The notes beneath the pieces are model-generated. The model saw only the letters and a list, made by a program, of their open reading frames with translations, searched no databases and was not told the origin of the DNA. This document shows positions 39,083-47,184 of a stretch of DNA of 64,000 nt, one piece after another. Origin of the DNA: Methylophaga sp. (GTDB lineage Bacteria; Pseudomonadota; Gammaproteobacteria; Nitrosococcales; Methylophagaceae). The position numbers were made by a program, and so were the translations under genes. Each line of letters starts with the position of its first letter. Position 1 is the stretch's first letter. Location of the stretch: the NCBI RefSeq assembly GCF_048266885.1, contig NZ_JBLWYR010000013.1, positions 6,783-70,782 on the forward strand, in the 5' to 3' direction.

Positions 39083-39178
39083 AAGGGCTGATGCTGTTTT
39101 GATTAAACCTGCTTAAAGCGATCTCTACCCCTTCGCTTTAAGTCAGTTTATTCATGATGGCATCAGCCCTTTTTTTTT
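39083..39178 (+). terminator. Compound (nested) stem-loop ending in a T9 run downstream of mgsC
   Basis: The outer 12-bp stem is aagggctgatgc (39083-39094) / gcatcagccctt (39160-39171), followed by T9. It encloses an inner 10-bp hairpin, cttaaagcga (39112-39121) / tcgctttaag (39133-39142). Confidence 0.55.
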
Positions 39179-39240
39179 CATTTCACAAGGAGGGACAAGT
39201 GTAGTCATTAACTATCTTTAAATAAGAGAGAGAAATAACT

Positions 39241-39564
39241 ATGAATAATAATTTAAAAAAACGTATAGAAAATATGTACATACGGGACTGTGTTATGGCC
39301 TGGTCGGATATTGTTTTACTCTGGCTGGCAATAGGCTTTGTCCTCATTAGTATCTTGAGCATTGTGGAAGATCCCTTCATCCGAGCGGTGTTGATAATTT
39401 CCAGTGCATTGTTAGTGATTTTCAATACGGCGTCAGTGGCAGCAATGACCAAACACTACGCTGAAGATAAGAATTTCATTTACGAATTAGACATTAAGCA
39501 TCTTGATGAAAATCGAGAAGCGAAAAAATTAATGCAAGAGTCTACTAATGAGGAAAGGCTATGA
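39241..39564 (+). CDS. Small membrane protein (2 predicted TM), unknown function
   Basis: 107 aa with hydrophobic segments WSDIVLLWLAIGFVLISILSIV and AVLIISSALLVIFNTASVAA. Its stop overlaps the next ATG (ATGA). Confidence 0.5.
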   Translation: MNNNLKKRIENMYIRDCVMAWSDIVLLWLAIGFVLISILSIVEDPFIRAVLIISSALLVIFNTASVAAMTKHYAEDKNFIYELDIKHLDENREAKKLMQESTNEERL

Positions 39565-39977
39565 CTAACTATATCCCTAAAACTCAGCACAAACGTGGTC
39601 AACTATTTGACAGTTTGTTTATTTTATTTCTAGTTTACGTAAGTCTTTATATCCCTTTGTTTCTCGAGTCTGATACCAAAACAGTCGAAGAAACAGCTTC
39701 TGCCCAAGTCATCACTTGGGAATCCCTTAATGTCTCCGCCGTAGAACAAGAACAGTGGCAAAAACTTGGCTTTGATGAGTTAGGTGCTGCTGAGATTATC
39801 AATGACCGATTTGATTACACGATTGACCCGGTCATGTTGATTATCACGGCGTTAGTCATTATCGGTTATTTCTTTTTTGTACTCCGTGTTTCTGACCGCC
39901 AATACCGTGAAGTGATTGAGGAAAAATTCGGTGCTGCTGGCCGTCAGGAAAATAATGAGCAGGAGGATGCGAGATGA
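39561..39977 (+). CDS. Small membrane protein (2 predicted TM with ~70-aa loop), unknown function
   Basis: 138 aa. GAGGAAAGG lies upstream. TM segments are LFDSLFILFLVYVSLYIPLFL and VMLIITALVIIGYFFFVL. ATGA overlaps at both ends. Confidence 0.55.
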   Translation: MTNYIPKTQHKRGQLFDSLFILFLVYVSLYIPLFLESDTKTVEETASAQVITWESLNVSAVEQEQWQKLGFDELGAAEIINDRFDYTIDPVMLIITALVIIGYFFFVLRVSDRQYREVIEEKFGAAGRQENNEQEDAR

Positions 39978-40153
39978 TTTATTGGGATTTATTGAGTTAT
40001 GCCGCTTGGATTATTTCTGCCTTTCTTCTGTTATGGATTGTCGTCGATGCGGTGAGCGTCTCTCGACAATTTGATGAAGATTTGCTGGTCAGTTCCCGAG
40101 AGGGCGCGGATGAAATGCTTGAACAAATCAAAAGTGAAGGAGAAGGCAAATGA
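39974..40153 (+). CDS. 59-aa single-TM protein (below the ORF-track length cut-off)
   Basis: My own translation is MIYWDLLSYAAWIISAFLLLWIVVDAVSVSRQFDEDLLVSSREGADEMLEQIKSEGEGK. A strong AGGAGGA sits 7 nt upstream. There are ATGA overlaps with both the preceding ORF and the permease gene. Confidence 0.5.
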   Translation: MIYWDLLSYAAWIISAFLLLWIVVDAVSVSRQFDEDLLVSSREGADEMLEQIKSEGEGK

Positions 40154-41544
40154 GTCAGTCTACTTCTACTACTGGAGCTCAAAAACGCATTTCGATGTTG
40201 AAAGTATTAAACCCCTTTCATGTTTGGGCACTAGGGGTCGGTATTGTTCTGGTCGGTGAGTTTATGGGCTGGAACTTTTCGGTTGCCAAGGGCGGTGCGT
40301 ATGGTGCTTTGATTGCCTGCTGGGTAATTGGACTACTGTATAGCTGTGTGGCGATGATCGATTCCGAAGTGACATCAACCGTGGCCGCAGCTGGTGGGCA
40401 ATATACTCAGGCAAAACATATTATCGGACCGCTTATGGCCTTTAATGTCGGATTGTATCTGGTCATGGCCTATACCATGCTGGAAGCCGCAGATGCCTTG
40501 ATTGTCGGGGATTTGATGGCAGCGGTGGCTTCGGCCACTGGTTATGCCGATCTGAATCCACAGCCATTTGTGGTGTTGACCATCGCTTTTCTGGCCTGGT
40601 TGAATTATCGCGGGGTGTTTATGACCTTGACGGTAAATTTTGTCATTACTCTGTTTGCTTTTCTGGCCATTATTGCTTTGTTTATCGGCAGTGATCCACT
40701 GAATCCAGGCAATATTCTCAAGCACAGTGACTTATTAACTGAGCTGCCGTATGGCTGGATTGGGGTCGTTGCTGCATTGCAGTTTGGCATGTGGTATTAC
40801 CTGGGGATTGAAGGAACCTGTCAGGCTGCAGAAGAAGTGCGGAGTGCAGGAAGGTCTATTCCATTAGGAACCATCGGTGGGATTTTAACACTGCTGGTGG
40901 CGGCTACACTGACCTGGTATGTCTCAACGGGACTGATGCCATGGCAATATTTGGGGCAGGCAACTACACCTTTATATGATGCAGCATCTATTATTGGTAA
41001 TCCTTCCCTGCAGATAGTGCTGTTTATTGGCACCATGTTCGCGGCGATTGCCTCTGCCAATGGTTGTATCAATGATGCGGCACGTGCCTGGTTTTCCATG
41101 GGCCGTGATCGTTATATGCCAACCTGGTTTGGGGCAATTCACCCGCATTACCGAACCCCATTTCGGGCCATTATCTTTTTGGTACCCATAGCAGTCTCGT
41201 TTGCCTTTACCGGTCTGTTGGATCAAGTAATCACGTTTTCGATTCTGTCGGGTTTGCTGGGCTATACGTTTATGTCCTTCAATATGATCCGCTTCAGAAA
41301 AATGTGGCCTTTGGATGTGATTAAGCGTGGCTATATTCATCCGTTTCATCCAATTCCAGCATTCACTTTGTTGGCCCTCTGTTCGGTAGTTTATTTCGCT
41401 ACTTTCCTTGGTTATGGTGCTTCGCTGCTGTCGATCATGGCTTTCTACATCGCGGCGTCGGTGTGGTTTGTAATGCGTCGGTATCAGTTTGTGAAACGTG
41501 GTGACCAATTCACTATGCCTTGGCCACGGCCGAAAGGGTATTAA
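40150..41544 (+). CDS. APC-superfamily permease, ethanolamine-permease (Eat)-like
   Basis: 464 aa with 12 TM segments. The N-terminus, LKVLNPFHVWALGVGIVLVGEFMGWNFSVAKGG, closely follows the Eat/EutP-type pattern (..GVG.V..G...GWN.....GG) as I recall it. Confidence 0.75.
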   Translation: MSQSTSTTGAQKRISMLKVLNPFHVWALGVGIVLVGEFMGWNFSVAKGGAYGALIACWVIGLLYSCVAMIDSEVTSTVAAAGGQYTQAKHIIGPLMAFNVGLYLVMAYTMLEAADALIVGDLMAAVASATGYADLNPQPFVVLTIAFLAWLNYRGVFMTLTVNFVITLFAFLAIIALFIGSDPLNPGNILKHSDLLTELPYGWIGVVAALQFGMWYYLGIEGTCQAAEEVRSAGRSIPLGTIGGILTLLVAATLTWYVSTGLMPWQYLGQATTPLYDAASIIGNPSLQIVLFIGTMFAAIASANGCINDAARAWFSMGRDRYMPTWFGAIHPHYRTPFRAIIFLVPIAVSFAFTGLLDQVITFSILSGLLGYTFMSFNMIRFRKMWPLDVIKRGYIHPFHPIPAFTLLALCSVVYFATFLGYGASLLSIMAFYIAASVWFVMRRYQFVKRGDQFTMPWPRPKGY

Positions 41545-41557
41545 GGGAGGTGCAGAA

Positions 41558-41986
41558 ATGAAAAAAATCTTATGCGCAACAGATGGTTCTCACAGTGCTG
41601 AAAAAGCAGTTGAATTTGCCATTGAATTAGCACTTCTGGCCAAGGCTGAACTGACCTTTATTCATGTGATAAGGCCGACTGGAGAGGATGTTTCCAAAAC
41701 CCACTTCTGGGACTTCAATATGCTTAGAGCAGCAGATGACCAGATTCAAATGGAGTTGCAAAAAGCTTTTGATAAAGCCTTTCAGCGAGGTCTTGGATCG
41801 GCTTCCTGCACCACGGTACAGGGACACAACACTGCGGCAGCAATTATTAATTTTGCTGACCTGAACGAGCACGATCATGTGATAACTGGTTCAGTGGGAC
41901 GTACGGGTGTCTCTAAAGTGCTGCTCGGTTCTATTGCCGAGCAGGTAATCAGCAAGGCGCATTGCCCGGTAACGGTGGTGCGTTAA
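41558..41986 (+). CDS. Universal stress protein (UspA family)
   Basis: MKKILCATDGSHSAEKAVEFAIELA ... ITGSVGRTGVSKVLLGSIAEQVISKAHCPVTVVR is a canonical Usp ATP-binding motif. AGGGAGG lies 8 nt upstream of ATG 41558. Confidence 0.85.
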   Translation: MKKILCATDGSHSAEKAVEFAIELALLAKAELTFIHVIRPTGEDVSKTHFWDFNMLRAADDQIQMELQKAFDKAFQRGLGSASCTTVQGHNTAAAIINFADLNEHDHVITGSVGRTGVSKVLLGSIAEQVISKAHCPVTVVR

Positions 41987-41991
41987 TCGTT

Positions 41992-42033
41992 GGCCTCGCA
42001 GTGAGTTAAATGCTAACTGCGAGGCCTTTTTTT
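41992..42033 (+). terminator. Rho-independent terminator
   Basis: An 11-bp stem, ggcctcgcagt (41992-42002) / actgcgaggcc (42016-42026), followed by T7. Confidence 0.8.
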
Positions 42034-42110
42034 ACGATGTTTTGCTGTTATCTATGGGAGTTACTCAATGTTCAGTCAACTATTTTCTGTGCTGAGAAGA
42101 GGAGGGCTCG

Positions 42111-42776
42111 ATGTCTGAATTTGGCATTTTTACGCTACTCGTCGTGTTCAGTATTGCTTTGTGGTGGATATATAAACAACATCATCGACAGGTGATTCAA
42201 TCGCGTGCGAATTTACTTAATGGTTTTGGCAAAATCATGGAGGTTAATGAAACACACTTTAATACTGCCGGTTATGCCTCATTAAAGGGCATTTTTAATC
42301 AGACGCCGCTGAGTTTGCGGGTTGAGGTGGATAACCTGACTGCCCGTAAGATTCCGGTGATGTGGTTGCATATCAAACTACATAACACTCCTACCATAAA
42401 CGGCAGTCTCGATATTCTGGTACGACCACAGAATACCGAGGTTTACAGTCCATCATGGCAATGGGATCAACCGATAAAGCCATTGCCTGGTTGGCCGGAA
42501 CATGCCCGTTATATGAGTCGTGATATTGCGCCGGAACTGCAGGCAATTGATGCTGATGTCAGGACGATATTTGCCGATCAAAAAGTCAAAGAACTTCTTA
42601 TAACCCCCGATGCTGTTCGACTGACATATCTGATTCGTCAGGCTGACAGGGGTAATTATTTACTGTTGCGTTCGGTGCAATTTGATGACGAACCGATAGA
42701 TTCGGATCAAGTCGCGGCATTGACTCGTCAATTACTGAGATTGCAGCAAAATTTAATAAGAGGCAAAAGCTCATGA
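42111..42776 (+). CDS. Hypothetical membrane-anchored protein
   Basis: 221 aa. A strong AGGAGGG lies upstream and there is a single N-terminal TM (GIFTLLVVFSIALWWIY). I recognise no family. Confidence 0.55.
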   Translation: MSEFGIFTLLVVFSIALWWIYKQHHRQVIQSRANLLNGFGKIMEVNETHFNTAGYASLKGIFNQTPLSLRVEVDNLTARKIPVMWLHIKLHNTPTINGSLDILVRPQNTEVYSPSWQWDQPIKPLPGWPEHARYMSRDIAPELQAIDADVRTIFADQKVKELLITPDAVRLTYLIRQADRGNYLLLRSVQFDDEPIDSDQVAALTRQLLRLQQNLIRGKSS

Positions 42777-43057
42777 GTCAGGCTATACAAAAACCTTCCC
42801 GCCCAATTCATCCCTATCTTGTACTTATCATCGCTATTTTATTACCCGGTGTAGGTCAGGTACTGAATCATGCCCCTATACGGGGTTTGATGATGGTGTT
42901 TTTTATGATGGTTTTAGGTGTGATCACTTTTAATCTGGCTGATCCAGATGTTTCATTAATTGGTAAGTTTGCCGGTGGTGTTTTTATCTATGCCATATCC
43001 ATCATGGATGCGTATATGTGGGCAAGGTTGCATTGGGCTTTGGCGCAGCAGAAGTAG
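42773..43057 (+). CDS. Small membrane protein (3 predicted TM)
   Basis: 94 aa with an ATGA overlap with the preceding ORF. The motif LLPGVGQVLNHAPIRG followed by two hydrophobic helices recurs in small bacterial membrane proteins of unknown function. Confidence 0.5.
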   Translation: MSQAIQKPSRPIHPYLVLIIAILLPGVGQVLNHAPIRGLMMVFFMMVLGVITFNLADPDVSLIGKFAGGVFIYAISIMDAYMWARLHWALAQQK

Positions 43058-43292
43058 TTAAAAAAACAGGCATTAGTGCGGCTTTACTCAACATTTTTTA
43101 TATTTCATATCAGCTGACACATACACCTAAAGTAGTACTTATTGAGGAGAATTATCAATCGCTGATTATTACGCTAAGTTCAATTCGGGTTTGAAATGAA
43201 CCTAAATTCAATATGTTAAATGTTCTTTAAATTACATAACAAAATAATAATTACAGAGAAATTACACGCTTAATAAGCTGGAGATTATTCTT

Positions 43293-44771
43293 ATGAGAGA
43301 AAACAATATGAGCACTACAAGTGCCTCCGTTAAGGGAGGTGGAGAACATTCCGATGACCTCGAACGTTCCATTGATTGGAAACAGGGTCTGGCCATTGCG
43401 TCCGGTGTGCCATTACTGATTTTACCTTCATTGGGTTACTTTCCCCTTTGGGTCGCGTCTGCTGCGATCCTCATCTGGGGGTTATCGGTATTGCAGGGTT
43501 TTATGCAAAATCTGGCCTATGCTGAATTAGCCACTACCTTTCCCAAAGCCTCAGGTTTACCTGGTTTTGCCCAAAATGTATTCAAAACCCAGAATTACGA
43601 TGGCAATTATGACAAAGGCAAGCTTATCGGTGGGTTCAGTGCATGGAGTTACTGGTTTGCCTGGAACCCGGTACTGGCTATCTTTGCCATACTTGTCGGC
43701 AGTTATCTGCATGGACTGTTTCCGGTACTGGGAACGATGTTTACCGAGTATCAACTCTCTCTGCTATGTGGAGGTGTGATTTTCAGCGTACTGTTCATCA
43801 TCAATTATTTTGGACTAAAAGACAGTGCGATTTTAGGTTACATTCTGGCAGCTATTTCGTTGATACCACTAGTTGTAATGACTATCACTCCTTTTGCTAG
43901 TGGGGCAGTGGAAATAAGCAACATCACTGGCAGCTGGTTGCCGGTAGATTGGTCTTGGGATATGCATCATATATTGATTTTGTTCGGTTTATTTGCCATT
44001 GCTCAGTGGAGTGCCTGTGCATGGGAAACTGCAGCTATTTATGGTCCGGAATATAAAAAACCGGGAACTGATGTTCCTAAAGCCCTTTTTGTTTGTGGTG
44101 CTATCTGTTTGTTCTCTTTTATTTTAGTTCAGGCTGCAGTGATAGGTGTTCTGGGAGTTGAGGGCGTATTGGCGGAACCATTATCTCCTATGATTCCAGT
44201 TGCTGAAGCCGCTTTTGGTAAAGCCGGAGCAATGATTGCCATTATTATGCTGATTGCTGCGATGATTCTTATTATTCAAACTGCTTATCTTGGTTCTGCC
44301 AGAGCGATGCACTCCATGGCCACAGAGGGAAATTTACCGAAAGTGTTTGGTAAGTTGAATTCACGAGGTACCCCCGTTGTGGCGATGGTGGTGATTGGTC
44401 TGTTTAATCTAGTATTGATTTCGATGGGCACTCCTGCGGCTATTCTGGCTGCTTCAGCTATCGGTTATACCTGTGCAAATGGCATCAGTCTATTTGCTTA
44501 TGTCAAAGCCAAAAATAATCCTCACTTTGCCAATCTAGATAGACCTTTCAAAGCCCCTACAGGCTGGAAAAATGTCGCTCTATTGTTCGGCCTGTTCAAT
44601 ATTCCATTGTGCCTGATTGGGGTGGTGTATCTGAACAGTCTTGAAGTGGGTTGGTTTTCGACATGGATAGGATTTATTGTGCTGGCCATGTATTTGCCTA
44701 TCTGGCTTTACACGCAATACGAAGCTCGCTCGCAGCCTGAGATCGCTATTAACTCTGTAGCGGGAGAGTAA
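43293..44771 (+). CDS. APC-superfamily amino acid/amine permease (paralogue of 48864-50576)
   Basis: 492 aa with about 12 TM segments. GGAG is 9 nt upstream. The N-terminal region RSIDWKQGLAIASGVPLLILPSLG...AYAELATTFPKASG parallels RRINWTGAFWVASGVPALVLFSMG...TYAEIAGLFPHKTG in the third permease. Confidence 0.8.
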   Translation: MRENNMSTTSASVKGGGEHSDDLERSIDWKQGLAIASGVPLLILPSLGYFPLWVASAAILIWGLSVLQGFMQNLAYAELATTFPKASGLPGFAQNVFKTQNYDGNYDKGKLIGGFSAWSYWFAWNPVLAIFAILVGSYLHGLFPVLGTMFTEYQLSLLCGGVIFSVLFIINYFGLKDSAILGYILAAISLIPLVVMTITPFASGAVEISNITGSWLPVDWSWDMHHILILFGLFAIAQWSACAWETAAIYGPEYKKPGTDVPKALFVCGAICLFSFILVQAAVIGVLGVEGVLAEPLSPMIPVAEAAFGKAGAMIAIIMLIAAMILIIQTAYLGSARAMHSMATEGNLPKVFGKLNSRGTPVVAMVVIGLFNLVLISMGTPAAILAASAIGYTCANGISLFAYVKAKNNPHFANLDRPFKAPTGWKNVALLFGLFNIPLCLIGVVYLNSLEVGWFSTWIGFIVLAMYLPIWLYTQYEARSQPEIAINSVAGE

Positions 44772-44974
44772 GAGATTAGGCGGGTAGTTTTCTCTTGTGG
44801 ATATTTAACACTCACTTTGAGATGTGGGATTACTGAAATATTTCACCATGAGAAAGCTACCTTAGCTTTTTTAAATCCGATGAGCTCTGACACGCAAATT
44901 AAATAGTAATTGTTGAGCACAAAATTCCAGTGATTTTCTAACTACTAGGGAGTAATCCTTCTTTGGAATTGTTA

Positions 44975-45137
44975 GGCCTATTGCTCGAGGCAATAATGTA
45001 ACCGTAGCTGAGTTAAACCGTTAGTTCAGCTTCATTTAGTTTCCTCGATCCGTTCTCTCGTTGAGGCGTTAGGTGGATCATGCCGGAGAGCAAAATCCGC
45101 AGTTTTTTGTTTTCAAAGGCAGATCCACTTTTTTTTG
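44975..45137 (+). promoter_or_regulatory. Structured 5' leader with terminator upstream of folE2 (candidate riboswitch/attenuator)
   Basis: The leader contains a series of hairpins: tattgc/gcaata (~44979-44995), agctga/tcagct (~45007-45031) and cctc...gagg (~45044-45067). It ends in a terminator whose stem is gtggatc(a)tgcc (45074-45085) / ggcagatccac (45119-45129) followed by T8 (45130-45137), 54 nt before the folE2 ATG. Confidence 0.4.
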
Positions 45138-45190
45138 AGGAAGACGACAGCAGGTGATTAACCAGCAATCCAATACAGAAGGATAGATCG

Positions 45191-45985
45191 ATGAACCTAC
45201 CCCTGCATATTCAATTGGAAGATGTTCAGAATACGCCAGATAAACGCTGCCAAATCATCGATAGAGTCGGTATAAAATCTCTACGTTATCCTATATTTTT
45301 TCAAAGTGACGCTGATGAAGCGCCTATTCGTGTGGTGGCTGACTTCAATATGTATGTGAAGTTACCGCATGATGTGAAAGGCACACATATGTCACGCTTC
45401 ATCGAACTGCTGGAAACGCCTGATTTGGTCATGTCGACTGACAGTATTGGCGATTTCATGAAAACCATGCTGACTCAGCTTGATGCCGATAGCGGTCATC
45501 TGGAAATGCAGTTTCCGTTTTTTATTCGCAAGCAGGCACCGGTCTCCGGCGTCAGTAGCTTGATGGATTACGACGTCACGGTGATTGCCAATCTAGAGGA
45601 AACGCTGAATCTCAAACTTAAAGTAGCGATTCCGGTGACTAGCCTGTGTCCCTGCTCGAAAAAAATCTCCGAATATGGTGCCCACAATCAACGTTCAATG
45701 ATTACCGTGACGGCCGAGTTGAATCAGATCATCAGTCTCAAATCATTGATTGGGCAAATCGAACAACAGGCCTCCAGTGAGCTTTACGGTTTACTCAAAC
45801 GGCCTGATGAAAAGTATGTCACCGAATACGCCTATGACAACCCAAAATTCGTTGAAGATCTGGTACGTGATGTAGCTGCATCGCTAAATAGTTGTGAGGC
45901 CATTGTTGATTACATCATTGAATGTGAAAACTTCGAATCGATACATAACCATTCGGCTTATGCCATGTTGCAAAAAAGTAGGTGA
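45191..45985 (+). CDS. folE2: GTP cyclohydrolase I type 2 (FolE2 / MptA family)
   Basis: 264 aa. DRVGIKSLRYPI, KGTHMSRF and TSLCPCSKKISEYGAHNQRS are FolE2 hallmark segments as I recall them. Confidence 0.8.
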   Translation: MNLPLHIQLEDVQNTPDKRCQIIDRVGIKSLRYPIFFQSDADEAPIRVVADFNMYVKLPHDVKGTHMSRFIELLETPDLVMSTDSIGDFMKTMLTQLDADSGHLEMQFPFFIRKQAPVSGVSSLMDYDVTVIANLEETLNLKLKVAIPVTSLCPCSKKISEYGAHNQRSMITVTAELNQIISLKSLIGQIEQQASSELYGLLKRPDEKYVTEYAYDNPKFVEDLVRDVAASLNSCEAIVDYIIECENFESIHNHSAYAMLQKSR

Positions 45986-45990
45986 TCACG

Positions 45991-47175
45991 ATGAACTATC
46001 CATTACAACCTTTAAGCTTTCCGAGTTCTTCACAATCGGTGATTTCACCAGTTGAGGAAATAATTGACGAAATACGCCAGGGCAGAATGGTGATTCTGAT
46101 CGATGATGAGGATCGGGAGAATGAAGGCGACATCGTCATCGCCGCCGATGCGGTTACTGCAGAACATATCAACTTTATGGCCCGTTATGCGCGGGGACTG
46201 ATTTGTCTGACACTGACCGAAGCACGTTGCCGTCAGTTGGAACTACCTTTGATGGTCAAACATAATCGGGCGCAGCTCAGCACCAACTTTACGGTATCCA
46301 TTGAAGCAGCAGAAGGGGTAACCACCGGTATTTCTGCTGCGGACCGTGCGCGAACTGTTCAGGCTGCAGTGGCTGCGAATGCGACGCCCAGCGATATTGT
46401 GCGACCAGGGCATATTTTTCCTTTAATGGCACAACCTGGCGGTGTATTGGCTCGGGCAGGGCATACTGAAGCAGGTTGTGATATCGCATCAATGGCTGAT
46501 AGAACCCCGGCCGCAGTAATCTGCGAGATCATGAATGAAGACGGCAGCATGGCGAGATTGCCGGATCTGCAGGGATTTGCCCTTGAGCATGGCTTGAAGA
46601 TTGGCACTATCGCCGATCTGATTGCTTATCGGCATCAGACAGAAACATTGATTGAACGTAAAAGCAGTCGGCTGATCAATACGATGTTTGGTGAGTTTGA
46701 GTTAATCGGTTACCGGGATATTACGACTGATAAAACCCATCTGGTCATGGTGTATGGGGATCCGACAAAAGCTGCCAGCACATTAGTCAGAGTTCATGAA
46801 CCGCTATCAGTCATTGAATTACTCGATGCTAATCAACACTCCCATAGCTGGAGTATTCATGCTGCGATGCAGAAAATCGTCAGCGAAGGGGCGGGTGTGA
46901 TTGTGTTGTTAAGGCGTGATGAGTCTGAACAGGACATCCTGCGTCAAATCAGCAGTCCGGATTCTTTGCCTGTAGCCAGTATCGAATTGAAGGATTATGG
47001 GATCGGTGCACAAATCCTGTTGGATCTGGGAATCAGCCGGATGCGTCTGATGACCCGCCCACGCAAGATCCATAATATGACGGGTTTTGGTCTGGAAGTG
47101 GAAGGTTATGTTTTACCTGAAAAGTCGGAAAAGGGGATTGATGCTGCTCTTGCAGAACTGATACAGGCGTTGTAG
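45991..47175 (+). CDS. ribB: 3,4-dihydroxy-2-butanone-4-phosphate synthase with degenerate GTP cyclohydrolase II-like C-domain (RibBX type)
   Basis: The N-domain (GRMVILIDDEDRENEGDIVIAADAVTAEHINFM...GHTEAGCDIA) is canonical RibB. The C-domain aligns to RibA but lacks the zinc-binding Cys residues (VRVHEPLSVIELLDANQHSHSW contains no Cys). Confidence 0.8.
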   Translation: MNYPLQPLSFPSSSQSVISPVEEIIDEIRQGRMVILIDDEDRENEGDIVIAADAVTAEHINFMARYARGLICLTLTEARCRQLELPLMVKHNRAQLSTNFTVSIEAAEGVTTGISAADRARTVQAAVAANATPSDIVRPGHIFPLMAQPGGVLARAGHTEAGCDIASMADRTPAAVICEIMNEDGSMARLPDLQGFALEHGLKIGTIADLIAYRHQTETLIERKSSRLINTMFGEFELIGYRDITTDKTHLVMVYGDPTKAASTLVRVHEPLSVIELLDANQHSHSWSIHAAMQKIVSEGAGVIVLLRRDESEQDILRQISSPDSLPVASIELKDYGIGAQILLDLGISRMRLMTRPRKIHNMTGFGLEVEGYVLPEKSEKGIDAALAELIQAL

Positions 47176-47184
47176 GGAAATTTA

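Noticed and set aside
40972-41508. 178-aa ORF on the minus strand, and similar long antisense ORFs: 40375-40725, 36148-36669, 31902-32396, 32442-32774, 33149-33484, 53734-54441, 54395-54712, 52652-53065, 55082-55507
   Set aside because: All lie entirely inside well-supported plus-strand genes with clear family signatures. Their products are low-complexity or Cys/Arg/His-rich with no recognisable motifs and no SD. They are typical shadow ORFs in moderately GC-rich coding DNA.
44783-44875. Long-range pairing ggtagttttctc / gagaaagctacc after the second permease, as a distinct RNA element
   Set aside because: The 12-bp stem has one mismatch and a 56-nt loop, and it overlaps a simpler AT-rich hairpin (aaagcta-cct-tagcttt + T-run, ~44854-44873). 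That hairpin is adequately explained as a weak intrinsic terminator for the permease gene.
44975-45137. FMN (RFN) riboswitch or Zur box upstream of folE2-ribB
   Set aside because: I could not find the conserved RFN core segments (GGGUGAAAUUCC..., ...CCGACGGU..., ...AGUCCGGAUG...). The only Zur-like half-site (aataatgtaac, ~44993) has no palindromic partner. The element is kept as an unclassified structured leader instead.
45991-47175. Bifunctional RibBA (DHBP synthase + active GTP cyclohydrolase II)
   Set aside because: The C-terminal RibA-like domain lacks all three zinc-ligand cysteines; the corresponding segment VRVHEPLSVIELLDANQHSHSW has none. Only the RibB activity is called.
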